Shown piece by piece: positions 53,120 to 61,455 of a stretch of 64,000 bases of DNA. The notes under the pieces are model-generated. The model ran no database searches. It was not told the origin of the DNA and was given only the letters and a program-made list of their open reading frames with translations. Source of the stretch: a virus (lineage: Duplodnaviria > Caudoviricetes); IMG/VR virus record IMGVR_UViG_2861229971_000004; one strand, given 5' to 3'. How positions within the stretch are numbered: position 1 is the stretch's first letter; each line of letters opens with the position of its first letter. Position numbers and translations under genes: made by a program.

Positions 53120-54808
53120 TCATGCCGCCCTCCGTTCGGGAGAGGCCGCCGTGCCGATCAGCTGGCGGATGGCGCGCTTGTTGAAGCCGAAGGTCATCAG
53201 CGCCGAGGCGCGGTAGCGCGTCAGGCCGAAGTCATTGCGGCATTCGGGCGGCAGGTACTGCAACTGCTTTTCCGTGGGCGGCTGGCGCAGCCAGGAGCGC
53301 GTCTTGAAGGCGCTCTCGTCGGTCTCGTGGGTGTTCAGCCAGTCGTCTGCCTGCGCGAGGCAGACGGTCCGTTCGCCCACGCCCAGCAGATGCGGGCGTT
53401 CGCCCTTCGCGCCGCCGATGGCGTACCAGACCCCGTCCAGCCAGAAGATGCCGCCCCAGGCCGCAAAGCCCGTGGCCATCAGCGCGTCGTCCGTGCCGTA
53501 GAGGTCGACCCAGGCGAAGCTGGACCGCTTCAGCAGGTCGATCTCGGTCATCATGAAGCCCGAGAGCGGCATGGCGCCGCCACCTTCACCGGCCTCTTCG
53601 TCCTCCCGCGGGAACGCCTCGCCGCAGAGCGGGCATTCGGTGGCGGCCAGCGGGATCTCCGCCTCGCAGGCCGGACAGGTCTTGGTGGGCGCCTCGCCGG
53701 TCTCGGTCTTGCCGTCGAGATCGACATCCTGTTCCAGCGTGCCGTGGATCAGGCTCGAGGTGCCGAAATCCAGCACGACGCAGTCGGTCTTCACGATGCC
53801 GGGGTGTTCCTCGGGGTCGACGGTGCGCAGCCCGCGCCCGACCATCTGGATCATGGTGGACTTGTAGGAGCTGGGGCGCAGCAGCACGACGCAGGAGGTG
53901 GGCGGGTGGTCCCAGCCCTCGGTCAGCACCGCCACGTTGACGACGACGCGGATGTCCCCCGCCGCGTAGTCGGCGAGGATCGCCTTGCGGGTCTCGGCCG
54001 CCAGGTCGCCGTGGATCAGCGCGGCGGAAACGCCCGCGGCCCGGAACGCCTCGGTGACGTGTTCGGCATGCGCGACGGTGGAGCAGAACACCACGGTCTG
54101 CCGATCGCCCGCCTTTTCCTTCCAGTGGCGGATCACCTCGTCGGTGACGGGGGCGCGATCCATGATGCCCGCCACCTCCGCCATGTCGAAATCCGACATG
54201 GTCTTGCGGACCGAGCGCAACTCGTCCTGCACGCCCACGTCGATGACGAAGGTGCGCGGCGGCACGAGGTGGCCCGAGGCGATCAGCTCGCCCAGCCGAA
54301 CCTGGTCGGCGACATTGTCGAAGACGTCGCGCAGGCCCTTCCTGTCGCCCCGGTTCGGCGTTGCCGTGACCCCGAAGATGCGGGCGTCGGGATTGGCCTC
54401 CCGCACGCGGTCGATGATGCGGCGGTAGCTGTCGGCGACGGCATGGTGCGCCTCGTCGACGACCAGCAGGTCGAGGCGCGGCATGTCGGCCAGGTTCGAG
54501 GCCCGCGCCAGCGTCGGCACCATGGCGAAGGCGACCTGACCGCCCCACGACTTCTCCGTGGCGTCGATGACCGAGGTGGCGACGCCCGGCACCACGCGCT
54601 GGAACTTGGCGCGGTTCTGCGCCGTCAACTCGTCGCGATGAGCCAGCACGCAGGCCTTGGCGCCGTCGCCGATCATCTCGCCGGTGACCGCCGAAAGCAT
54701 GATGGTCTTGCCCGCGCCCGTGGGCGCCACGCCCAGCGTGTTGCCGCGGGAAGCGAGCGCAGCCACGCTGCGCTCGACGAAGGTCTTCTGGCGGGGGCGC
54801 AGGCGCAT
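53120..54808 (-). CDS. DEAD/DEAH-box SF2 helicase with a Zn ribbon
   Basis: APTGAGKT, DEAHH, TATP, QMVGRGLR, CPAC...CPLC. Confidence 0.9.
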   Translation of the reverse strand: MRLRPRQKTFVERSVAALASRGNTLGVAPTGAGKTIMLSAVTGEMIGDGAKACVLAHRDELTAQNRAKFQRVVPGVATSVIDATEKSWGGQVAFAMVPTLARASNLADMPRLDLLVVDEAHHAVADSYRRIIDRVREANPDARIFGVTATPNRGDRKGLRDVFDNVADQVRLGELIASGHLVPPRTFVIDVGVQDELRSVRKTMSDFDMAEVAGIMDRAPVTDEVIRHWKEKAGDRQTVVFCSTVAHAEHVTEAFRAAGVSAALIHGDLAAETRKAILADYAAGDIRVVVNVAVLTEGWDHPPTSCVVLLRPSSYKSTMIQMVGRGLRTVDPEEHPGIVKTDCVVLDFGTSSLIHGTLEQDVDLDGKTETGEAPTKTCPACEAEIPLAATECPLCGEAFPREDEEAGEGGGAMPLSGFMMTEIDLLKRSSFAWVDLYGTDDALMATGFAAWGGIFWLDGVWYAIGGAKGERPHLLGVGERTVCLAQADDWLNTHETDESAFKTRSWLRQPPTEKQLQYLPPECRNDFGLTRYRASALMTFGFNKRAIRQLIGTAASPERRAA

Positions 54809-54821
54809 GGCCGGTCTCCCC

Positions 54822-55445
54822 TTACTGCGCCCAGCTCGGCCGACCGGCGGCGCCGGGGGCGGACGCGGGCTGGCTGGGCTGGGTGGCGGTGGCAGGCTGC
54901 TGCGCGGCGTGGCCCTGCGCCGGGGCGGCGGTGAACTGCGGCGCGACCGTGCCCATCAGCGCGGCGTAGTCGCGATGGTCGGGCGTGACGGCGGCGCGGA
55001 TTTCGTTCTTGTCCTCGCCGTTGGTGTCGGTGCCGATGTCGATGCGGGCGACGAACTCGACCCCGTCGAGATCGCCGAAGCCGTTGATGCGGCGGCGGGC
55101 CTGCGCCTCGGGGGAGTTGTCCTTGTCGGACACGCCGCGCGCCGAGTTCAGGATGCCGCGGATCAGGCCGCGCCCCATGTTCGCCCAGTCCGGGCCCTTC
55201 GGGCTGTAGAGGCCGATCAGCGACCAGACCTTGCGCCGGGCATAGGGGCCCTCGACGACAGTGTATTCGGCGTCAAGATAGACGGCGCCGGTGGCGGCGC
55301 GGCGCGCCCAGCCGCCGGTCCAGCCCTGCGAGGGGTCATCGAAGCCGCCGGGGCGGAGCGTCAGGCGCACCTTGGCGAGCGTGCCCTTGGGGATGACGTT
55401 GGTGTTGGATTGCGCGGAGTTGAAGTCGTTCCAGGGTCCGGACAT
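54822..55445 (-). CDS. Putative ssDNA-binding protein
   Basis: OB-fold-like VIPKGTLAKVRL...YLDAEYTV..G.YARRKVW and a Q/P/A-rich tail; follows the Sak4-like ATPase. Confidence 0.6.
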   Translation of the reverse strand: MSGPWNDFNSAQSNTNVIPKGTLAKVRLTLRPGGFDDPSQGWTGGWARRAATGAVYLDAEYTVVEGPYARRKVWSLIGLYSPKGPDWANMGRGLIRGILNSARGVSDKDNSPEAQARRRINGFGDLDGVEFVARIDIGTDTNGEDKNEIRAAVTPDHRDYAALMGTVAPQFTAAPAQGHAAQQPATATQPSQPASAPGAAGRPSWAQ

Positions 55446-55496
55446 TGCGCGGCTCCTTTCAGTTGGAGGATGGGACGCGCAGCGGCGTCAGAGGGG

Positions 55497-55526
55497 AAAA
55501 GCCACCCCGGCGACCGGATCGGGACA
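55497..55526 (-). promoter_or_regulatory. Bipartite motif copy A (TGTCCCG-N14-GTGGCTTTT)
   Basis: Intergenic, upstream of the ssb-like gene; same half-sites and spacing as copies B and C. Confidence 0.6.
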
Positions 55527-55546
55527 CCGGGCGTGGCGAGAGGCGC

Positions 55547-56422
55547 TCAGCCATTGACGGGCTCCTGCGCGGGGGCGGGATCGGCGGGCGTCACTGGCGG
55601 CCAGGTCAGGCGTTCGGAGGCAGGCGCCGCGGGGCGCTGGATCTTCTCCATCATCCGGCCGAGATGCGGGGCCTCGACCCTGTCGAGGCGGCCCGAGCGG
55701 TCCTTGGCCGGATAGCCCCAGGGGTTCAGCGTCTGGCAGACGAAGGCGCGCTGCGGCTGGCCGCCCGGGTCAGGGATGTCGGCCATGGTGATGACCTGAT
55801 CCACGATGCCCGGCAGCTCGAGCCCGGTCTTCGATCCGTCGATCTGCGGCTGGAAGACCTTGCGATTGAAGTCGTCGAGCCGCTCGTCGAGGATGCCCAC
55901 GAACCAGACATGCTTGCCGCGCGTGTGCTGCAGATGGGTCAGCCAGCCGATCATCTCGCGGCCATGCAGCCCGTAGGCGCCACGGATGTCGGGCTTGCCG
56001 GTCTTCTCGGAGAACGCCTCGGGCTGACCGCGGCACCACTGGAAGCAGAGCCGCCCGGCCACGGTGATCGAGTCGATGAAGACGGTCTCGTACTTTCCGA
56101 TCACCGCCGGATCGCCGTAGCGCCCGCAGACTTCGTCGAAATGCGCTTGGCTGTAGGGCTGGTCCTCGCGCAGCGCCGGGTTCGGCCCGCCGATGAACAC
56201 CGCAAAATCCCGGCATTCTTTCCAGGTGCGGGGCCGGAGCGTGTCGATCTCCAGCCCCTCGACCGCCAGATCCCCGGCCTCGAGGTCGAGGAAGAGCGTG
56301 GTCGAGGCGTTCAGTGTCCAGAGCAGCGAGGTCTTGCCGATGCCGGACCGGCCGAAGATGACGCCCTTGATGCCCTTGCGCTGCGCGAGCCGTTCGTCGG
56401 CGCCGATGATGGGAAGGGCCAT
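55547..56422 (-). CDS. AAA_24/Sak4-like ATPase (recombination)
   Basis: GRSGIGKT, FIDSIT, YPAKDRSG; start at 56422. Confidence 0.8.
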   Translation of the reverse strand: MALPIIGADERLAQRKGIKGVIFGRSGIGKTSLLWTLNASTTLFLDLEAGDLAVEGLEIDTLRPRTWKECRDFAVFIGGPNPALREDQPYSQAHFDEVCGRYGDPAVIGKYETVFIDSITVAGRLCFQWCRGQPEAFSEKTGKPDIRGAYGLHGREMIGWLTHLQHTRGKHVWFVGILDERLDDFNRKVFQPQIDGSKTGLELPGIVDQVITMADIPDPGGQPQRAFVCQTLNPWGYPAKDRSGRLDRVEAPHLGRMMEKIQRPAAPASERLTWPPVTPADPAPAQEPVNG

Positions 56423-56718
56423 CACTGGCCCTCCTTCTTCATCACCGCCGTGGCGGCGCGATCGGCGCCGATGCACCCCGCCTCGCGGGCGAGCTTGTAG
56501 AGCCGCTTCAGCGCATCGGCGCGGCGGTAGGCAGCCGTGCTCTCGCGCTCAGCCTCCACGATCGCGAAGGCGATCTCGTCGACGGTGGCCTCGACGACCG
56601 GCAGCGGCTCGTGCGGCTCGTCACCGGCGCGCTGCGGCAGGGAAATAGTTTCGGGGAGGTCTTCAAGGGCGTAGCTCGCCTTGCGAAGACGGGTGATGTC
56701 GTCCGGCTGGTCCGGCAT
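56422..56718 (-). CDS. Hypothetical phage protein (98 aa)
   Basis: MPDQPDDITRLRK... after a GGAG RBS; stop overlaps the next start. Confidence 0.65.
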   Translation of the reverse strand: MPDQPDDITRLRKASYALEDLPETISLPQRAGDEPHEPLPVVEATVDEIAFAIVEAERESTAAYRRADALKRLYKLAREAGCIGADRAATAVMKKEGQ

Positions 56719-56756
56719 AGCTGTTCTCCGTGGGATGATGTGATCGAGGAGGTGCA

Positions 56757-56951
56757 TCACGCGGCCTCGCGGACGTCGGGCGCGGGCTCGGCGACGTAGA
56801 TCGCCAGCAGCGGCGTCCCGTCGGCATGGGCGCCGGCGTCCTCGATCTGGTAGTTGCGGTTGGGCTCGCAGACCTCGGTCAGCTCCCAGCGGCGATAGAG
56901 CCCCGGAAGACGCCTGAAATCCTCGAGCGACAGATCGGCAGTGCGGTTCAT
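56757..56951 (-). CDS. Hypothetical phage protein (64 aa)
   Basis: MNRTADLSLEDFRRLPGLYRRWELTEVCEPN; downstream of motif copy B. Confidence 0.6.
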   Translation of the reverse strand: MNRTADLSLEDFRRLPGLYRRWELTEVCEPNRNYQIEDAGAHADGTPLLAIYVAEPAPDVREAA

Positions 56952-57000
56952 GCGTGTCTGCTTTCGGTTGGAGGGAAGGCGCTCGGGGCGCTCGAATGGA

Positions 57001-57030
57001 AAAAGCCATCGGCGGGGCCGGATCGGGACA
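57001..57030 (-). promoter_or_regulatory. Bipartite motif copy B (TGTCCCG-N14-ATGGCTTTT)
   Basis: Intergenic, immediately after the sigma-like gene and upstream of the 64-aa ORF. Confidence 0.6.
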
Positions 57031-57035
57031 TCGGC

Positions 57036-57758
57036 TCAGGGGATTTCCTCGAGGGCGTCGTGCAGCCGGCGCATGGCGCGCTGGTACCGCTTGCGGGCGG
57101 CGGCCTCGGTCAGGCCCAGTTCGGCTCCCGCCTCGGCCTGAGAGAAGCCCTCGATCGCCACGCGGATCACCAGGAGGGCGTCATCGCCGAGCAGATTCCG
57201 CACGGCGCTGTTCAGTCGTGCGTACCCGGCCGCGCCGATCCCGCTGTCACCGTTGTCCGCCACCTCGTCGGGATCGGCGCCGCTGGCGAGATGTTCGCGT
57301 GTCTGGTCGCGCTGGCGGGCGCGGATCATGTCGCGCTCGACATTCCGCAGCACCGTGGCCGCGATCCAGTTGACACGCCCGAGGTCGAGCCTGCGGACCG
57401 CCTCGGTCGTGCGCGCCAGAACGTCGGATGCAACCTCGTCGGCAGTGCCGATCCTGCGCCAGATCGACCGGCGGCGGATGGCGTCGAGGCCGGGCCAGAG
57501 TGCCAGCAACAGCAGCGTCAGGGCGCAGTCGGACGCGGGCCCGTCGCCCTGCGCCGCTCTGACGAGCGCGGCGAAGATCAGGTTTTTCCGGGCGGGATCG
57601 CCGGTCGTGCGGTGCAACCCGTCCAGCAGGGCCGCAGGATCGCGGAAGGGTGTGAGGGCAGCCTGCGCACGCCGGACGGCGTCGAAACTGCGCTGGAAGT
57701 GAAGGTTGGAGGACGAATGCATAAGGTGATCACGGATCTGGTGCCACGCGAAGGACAT
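57036..57758 (-). CDS. Sigma-70/ECF-like factor (region 2- and region 4-like)
   Basis: C-terminal IEGFSQAEAGAELGLTEAAARKRYQRAMRRL HTH; central WIAATVLRNVERD. Confidence 0.7.
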   Translation of the reverse strand: MSFAWHQIRDHLMHSSSNLHFQRSFDAVRRAQAALTPFRDPAALLDGLHRTTGDPARKNLIFAALVRAAQGDGPASDCALTLLLLALWPGLDAIRRRSIWRRIGTADEVASDVLARTTEAVRRLDLGRVNWIAATVLRNVERDMIRARQRDQTREHLASGADPDEVADNGDSGIGAAGYARLNSAVRNLLGDDALLVIRVAIEGFSQAEAGAELGLTEAAARKRYQRAMRRLHDALEEIP

Positions 57759-57857
57759 CGGACGCCTGCCTTGCGGCCAGGCGTCCGGCGCCTTCTCGTG
57801 GCCAGGTCAGGACGTCGCGCGTCTCTGCGATTTCAGGGGGTTGGGTGAATGCGCGCG

Positions 57858-58103
57858 TCAGCGCGCGGGTGCGGTCGCGCTGTTCAGCGTGCCGCAGCCC
57901 CGGCAGGTCGCCTGAACCGGGAAGCCCACGAGATACTCGTGCCCCCGCGCGAAGCGCAGGTGCATGCGGCCGTCCCGGCAGACGCCGAGCAGCTTGTCAC
58001 AGCGCGTGCAGCGCCATTCCGAGTTGGAGGTGGTGGGCTTGGTCGTCGCGGCGCCGGACCAGTTCGTCGGGGCTGCCTGGCGCGAGGGGAAGGGAGTCGG
58101 CAT
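57858..58103 (-). CDS. Small zinc-ribbon protein (Mu Com-like pattern)
   Basis: WRCTRCDKLLG...ATCRGCGTLN; GAGGAG RBS before the ATG at 58103. Confidence 0.6.
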   Translation of the reverse strand: MPTPFPSRQAAPTNWSGAATTKPTTSNSEWRCTRCDKLLGVCRDGRMHLRFARGHEYLVGFPVQATCRGCGTLNSATAPAR

Positions 58104-58196
58104 GGAAGTGCTCCTCTGATCGATGGAGCACTCCCATTGGCCTGAGGAATCGGAGCCCGTCAGACCCCCCAATCGGAGCCGGATCGGAGCCAGCTG

Positions 58197-60404
58197 TCAG
58201 ATTGCGATCTCCCACGGCCCCTTGGCGCCAAGACTTCTCAGAAAGTTGGCCTTCAGCTTGTCCCACAGCGGCTGCTTGAAGATGTTCGACAGGGACTGGT
58301 CTTCAGCGATTCCCTTGACAAGATCCTTGGTCGACATCGGCGTCGGGCCGTTGTTGTGGGCATCGACCAGCCGCTGGATGATCTGGATGCGGTTTTCGCC
58401 CTTGATGTCGATGGTGCCTTTCCCTGGCACGAAGAGGGTCGCGATATCATCGCCACTACGGGTGAGTCCGACCGTCATGCCTCCACGGGCCAATATCCGA
58501 TGTCGCCGGAACACGGACCGGAGCTTGTCTGCGACCAACGCGATTTCGGCTTGCTTGGTGTCGATCTGATCAACAAGCGGCGTCAGAACATTGGCCGCCA
58601 GGCACGGTCCAGGAGCGGTGCCGGCCTGCAGAACCAGTCCAATACCGAGGTTGTGGCGCGCCCGAAGTTCCGTATCGACGGCAGACCGGACCCTCTCCCG
58701 GTCGAGACCACGCGCAAGGTAGATCGGAACATCGCCGCCATCGATACTGAGCGTTCCAAGGTAGAGGAGATGATCGGTCAGCTTCTCGATGGCGGGCGCA
58801 TCGAGCGCCTTTTCGAGACTTTCCTTCAGGTGTTGCGCGACCCAGCCGTCACGCACCCGATAGATCCTGTAGCGATCCGGGTTGCCCGCAGACGTCGCCT
58901 GTCCCTCAGTGACCTTGAGGTCGGCCACCTTACGGTCTTCTTCCTCTGCATCTCCCTTCTCGATACGAACGACTACTTCGGCTGCCACCGGGCCGACCTC
59001 GTCTTCATCGTCGATCAGGTCGTCGCCTTCCCAGCCGGCCGGCACGAGGAAGCCCAGATCGTTCAGGAGGCCAGGATCGACACCGCGAGATTGGAGCCAT
59101 GCGCCGGTGACCCTGTCAGCTCCGATATCCCATATGGCCAGCAAGGCGGGCATGACAGCCATGCTCTCCTCATCGCCCGGTGCACGGCCATCACGGAGGA
59201 TGTTCCAGTGTCTGAGCAAGCGATGCCCCAGAACGCGCTCGAAAGGGTCGTCGATGCTGAGAAGGCTGCTCGTGTTGCGGTCGGTGAGCGTGAAGTTGAG
59301 GGTTTGCGCCTCATCTCGTCCCGCGCGGAAATACCGGACCGCAATCTCAACGAAGCGGATTGCGAGCGCCCGCTCGAAGATCCTCGGAAGGCCCGGATGA
59401 CTGTCGATGATCTCTGAGATGTCCTGGTCGATCGTGGTGGAAAGCGAGAGGCGGTTGGCGAGATTGCCGATGCTGATGTCAGCGCGGATCACCTGCGCGC
59501 GGTCGATCACCACGTCGTCAAGTTCCGGCGGTTCAAGATCGAGCCCCTGCAGGAACTGCGAAATGTCGTAGGCCTGAAAGTCGACGGGCTGGTTGGAGTA
59601 AGTCTGCTCGAGGGCAGTCTCGATGAAGCGTTCGGCAACTGTGTGCCTGAGCTTTCGGTTGCCTGCGCGGACATGGACCCGCCCAGTCGATGGCGTGTAG
59701 ACGATCATCGCCTCTCCAGGCGGGCGGAAATAGATGCTCGACCGATTGCCATCGTCATCGATCTCCCGAACGCTCGTGGGGGGATCGGGATGGAACAGCA
59801 GGTACATCTCCGCCGCCGGTTCATCGCCGTCCTCGGGGATGTCGAACTTGTCGATGCTGTAGCCGTCGCCGCGATCGAGACGCTTGTTGAGGTCGACCAG
59901 AAGCTCGTCGAGCAATGCACTGCCGGCGTCGGGGCCCCCATCGACCGAAGGCTCGGCCATGAAGGTCTGGTAGTGCTTGTCGTAGCGCCGGTAGAGACGC
60001 AGGTGCAGGCTGTTCTCCGCCGCTTCAAACAAGCCGTGTTCGTTGGCGTAAGCCCACAGGCTTCGCGCGAGCTTGTCCCGCCGGTTCAGAAGTTCCTTGG
60101 CGCGCTCGGGTTCGAGCGTGGTCTTGGCGAGACCTTCGAGGACATACTCGCCACGGTCGCTTGCGATTGTGACGATCCGGGCAGCTTCAGCTTCGAGAGG
60201 CCCCAGCCGGTCCTTCTTTTCCTGGGACAGCATATTTCTGGCAACCGACGGACCGTCCGGATTCTCGGGGTCGAACCTGTAGGGCCCAAGCCAGCTCAGC
60301 CTCTCGAAAGCCTTGCTCTTGAGGAATCCGGACAGCAGTTCCGGCTCTGCATCGTCGAATAGCCGAGAAAGATTGGGGCAAGTTCTGGCCGGGGCGCGTA
60401 CCAT
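58197..60404 (-). CDS. Large hypothetical protein (735 aa) with a possible C-terminal winged helix
   Basis: Long ORF, less GC-rich than the structural genes; no catalytic motif recognised. Confidence 0.75.
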   Translation of the reverse strand: MVRAPARTCPNLSRLFDDAEPELLSGFLKSKAFERLSWLGPYRFDPENPDGPSVARNMLSQEKKDRLGPLEAEAARIVTIASDRGEYVLEGLAKTTLEPERAKELLNRRDKLARSLWAYANEHGLFEAAENSLHLRLYRRYDKHYQTFMAEPSVDGGPDAGSALLDELLVDLNKRLDRGDGYSIDKFDIPEDGDEPAAEMYLLFHPDPPTSVREIDDDGNRSSIYFRPPGEAMIVYTPSTGRVHVRAGNRKLRHTVAERFIETALEQTYSNQPVDFQAYDISQFLQGLDLEPPELDDVVIDRAQVIRADISIGNLANRLSLSTTIDQDISEIIDSHPGLPRIFERALAIRFVEIAVRYFRAGRDEAQTLNFTLTDRNTSSLLSIDDPFERVLGHRLLRHWNILRDGRAPGDEESMAVMPALLAIWDIGADRVTGAWLQSRGVDPGLLNDLGFLVPAGWEGDDLIDDEDEVGPVAAEVVVRIEKGDAEEEDRKVADLKVTEGQATSAGNPDRYRIYRVRDGWVAQHLKESLEKALDAPAIEKLTDHLLYLGTLSIDGGDVPIYLARGLDRERVRSAVDTELRARHNLGIGLVLQAGTAPGPCLAANVLTPLVDQIDTKQAEIALVADKLRSVFRRHRILARGGMTVGLTRSGDDIATLFVPGKGTIDIKGENRIQIIQRLVDAHNNGPTPMSTKDLVKGIAEDQSLSNIFKQPLWDKLKANFLRSLGAKGPWEIAI

Positions 60405-60431
60405 ATAAATCTCCGAAAATACTGAGCTGAA

Positions 60432-60608
60432 CTATAGATCGCGACCGTAGTGCCTAGCTCGGGGCTCGACACCGCGACGTCGCCTCAGGGGGCCGATTTG
60501 ACTAACACCACCCTCCCGGGCCGAGAGAATCGTTAGGGCAAGATTCACGCGCGCGTCCTCGATCAGCGCCGAAATACGGGGACCGATCGGGCTTGCTTTG
60601 CACGGCAT
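60432..60608 (-). CDS. Possible 58-aa ORF
   Basis: GAGGTGA RBS, then MPCKASPIGPRISALIEDARVNLAL...; below the ORF-track cutoff. Confidence 0.3.
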   Translation of the reverse strand: MPCKASPIGPRISALIEDARVNLALTILSAREGGVSQIGPLRRRRGVEPRARHYGRDL

Positions 60609-60732
60609 GAACTCACCTCATCGAACAACTGCTCTCGCTTGATTCAACTCCCGATGATCATGGACAAATCCGTGATCGGCAAGCCCTGACGTTCCCTTCC
60701 TGTTCGCATTCACTCATCTCGTTCAGCTGAGA

Positions 60733-60762
60733 TGTCCCGTCGGGGGAGGCTGGGTGGCTTTT
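60733..60762 (+). promoter_or_regulatory. Bipartite motif copy C (TGTCCCG-N14-GTGGCTTTT)
   Basis: Upstream of the recombinase operon, on the + strand. Confidence 0.6.
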
Positions 60763-60799
60763 GATCGGTAACGACACCACCGAACACGGCTGCCGAGAC

Positions 60800-61003
60800 A
60801 TGAAACGCCCGAACCCGCTCCCTCCCGACCAGATGACCGCCTCCGAGCGCCGCGCCGAACTCTGCGGCCTGCTGGCGCTCGGGCTGGTTCGGCTGCTCGG
60901 ACAGGATGGACGCGAAGTATCTGACAATACTGGAGAACGTTGCCTACACTATCCCGACGACCAATGCCGTCATGCAACTCCAACTCACCGGAGAAACGCA
61001 TGA
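60800..61003 (+). CDS. Small conserved protein preceding DUF2924 (67 aa)
   Basis: MKRPNPLPPDQMTASERRAELCGLLALGLVRL; ATGA overlap with DUF2924. Confidence 0.6.
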   Translation: MKRPNPLPPDQMTASERRAELCGLLALGLVRLLGQDGREVSDNTGERCLHYPDDQCRHATPTHRRNA

Positions 61004-61455
61004 CGAAGCCCGATCCCATCCCCGCGCGCCTGGCCGCGCTGAAGTCCATGTCCGTCACCCAGTTGAAGGCGGAGTGGCAGACGATCTTTACCACGGCGGC
61101 GCCAAACAATAGTCGGGCGTTCCTCGAGAGCCGGTTGGCCTACCGCATCCAGGAACTGACTTATGGCGGTCCTGATCGCGAAACCCGGCGCATGCTGGAC
61201 CTGCTAGCCGACGAGGTCGGCGGCACTCTGACACGCAAGAGCCAGATCGCCGATCCTCGCAATCCCGTGGTCGGCACGAGGCTGATCCGAGAATGGAACG
61301 GGGTAGAGCACACGATCACGGTCTTGCGGGACGGATTCGAGTGGCAAGGGCGACCGTACAAATCCTTGTCCGCGATTGCGCGGGCGATCACCGGGACGCG
61401 CTGGAATGGCTACCGCTTCTTCGGGTTGCGCGAACGAAAGCGGGGGAATGATTGA
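61000..61455 (+). CDS. DUF2924 domain protein
   Basis: LAYRIQELTYGG, GTRLIREWNG, YKSLSAIARAITGTRWNGYRFFGL. Confidence 0.9.
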   Translation: MTKPDPIPARLAALKSMSVTQLKAEWQTIFTTAAPNNSRAFLESRLAYRIQELTYGGPDRETRRMLDLLADEVGGTLTRKSQIADPRNPVVGTRLIREWNGVEHTITVLRDGFEWQGRPYKSLSAIARAITGTRWNGYRFFGLRERKRGND

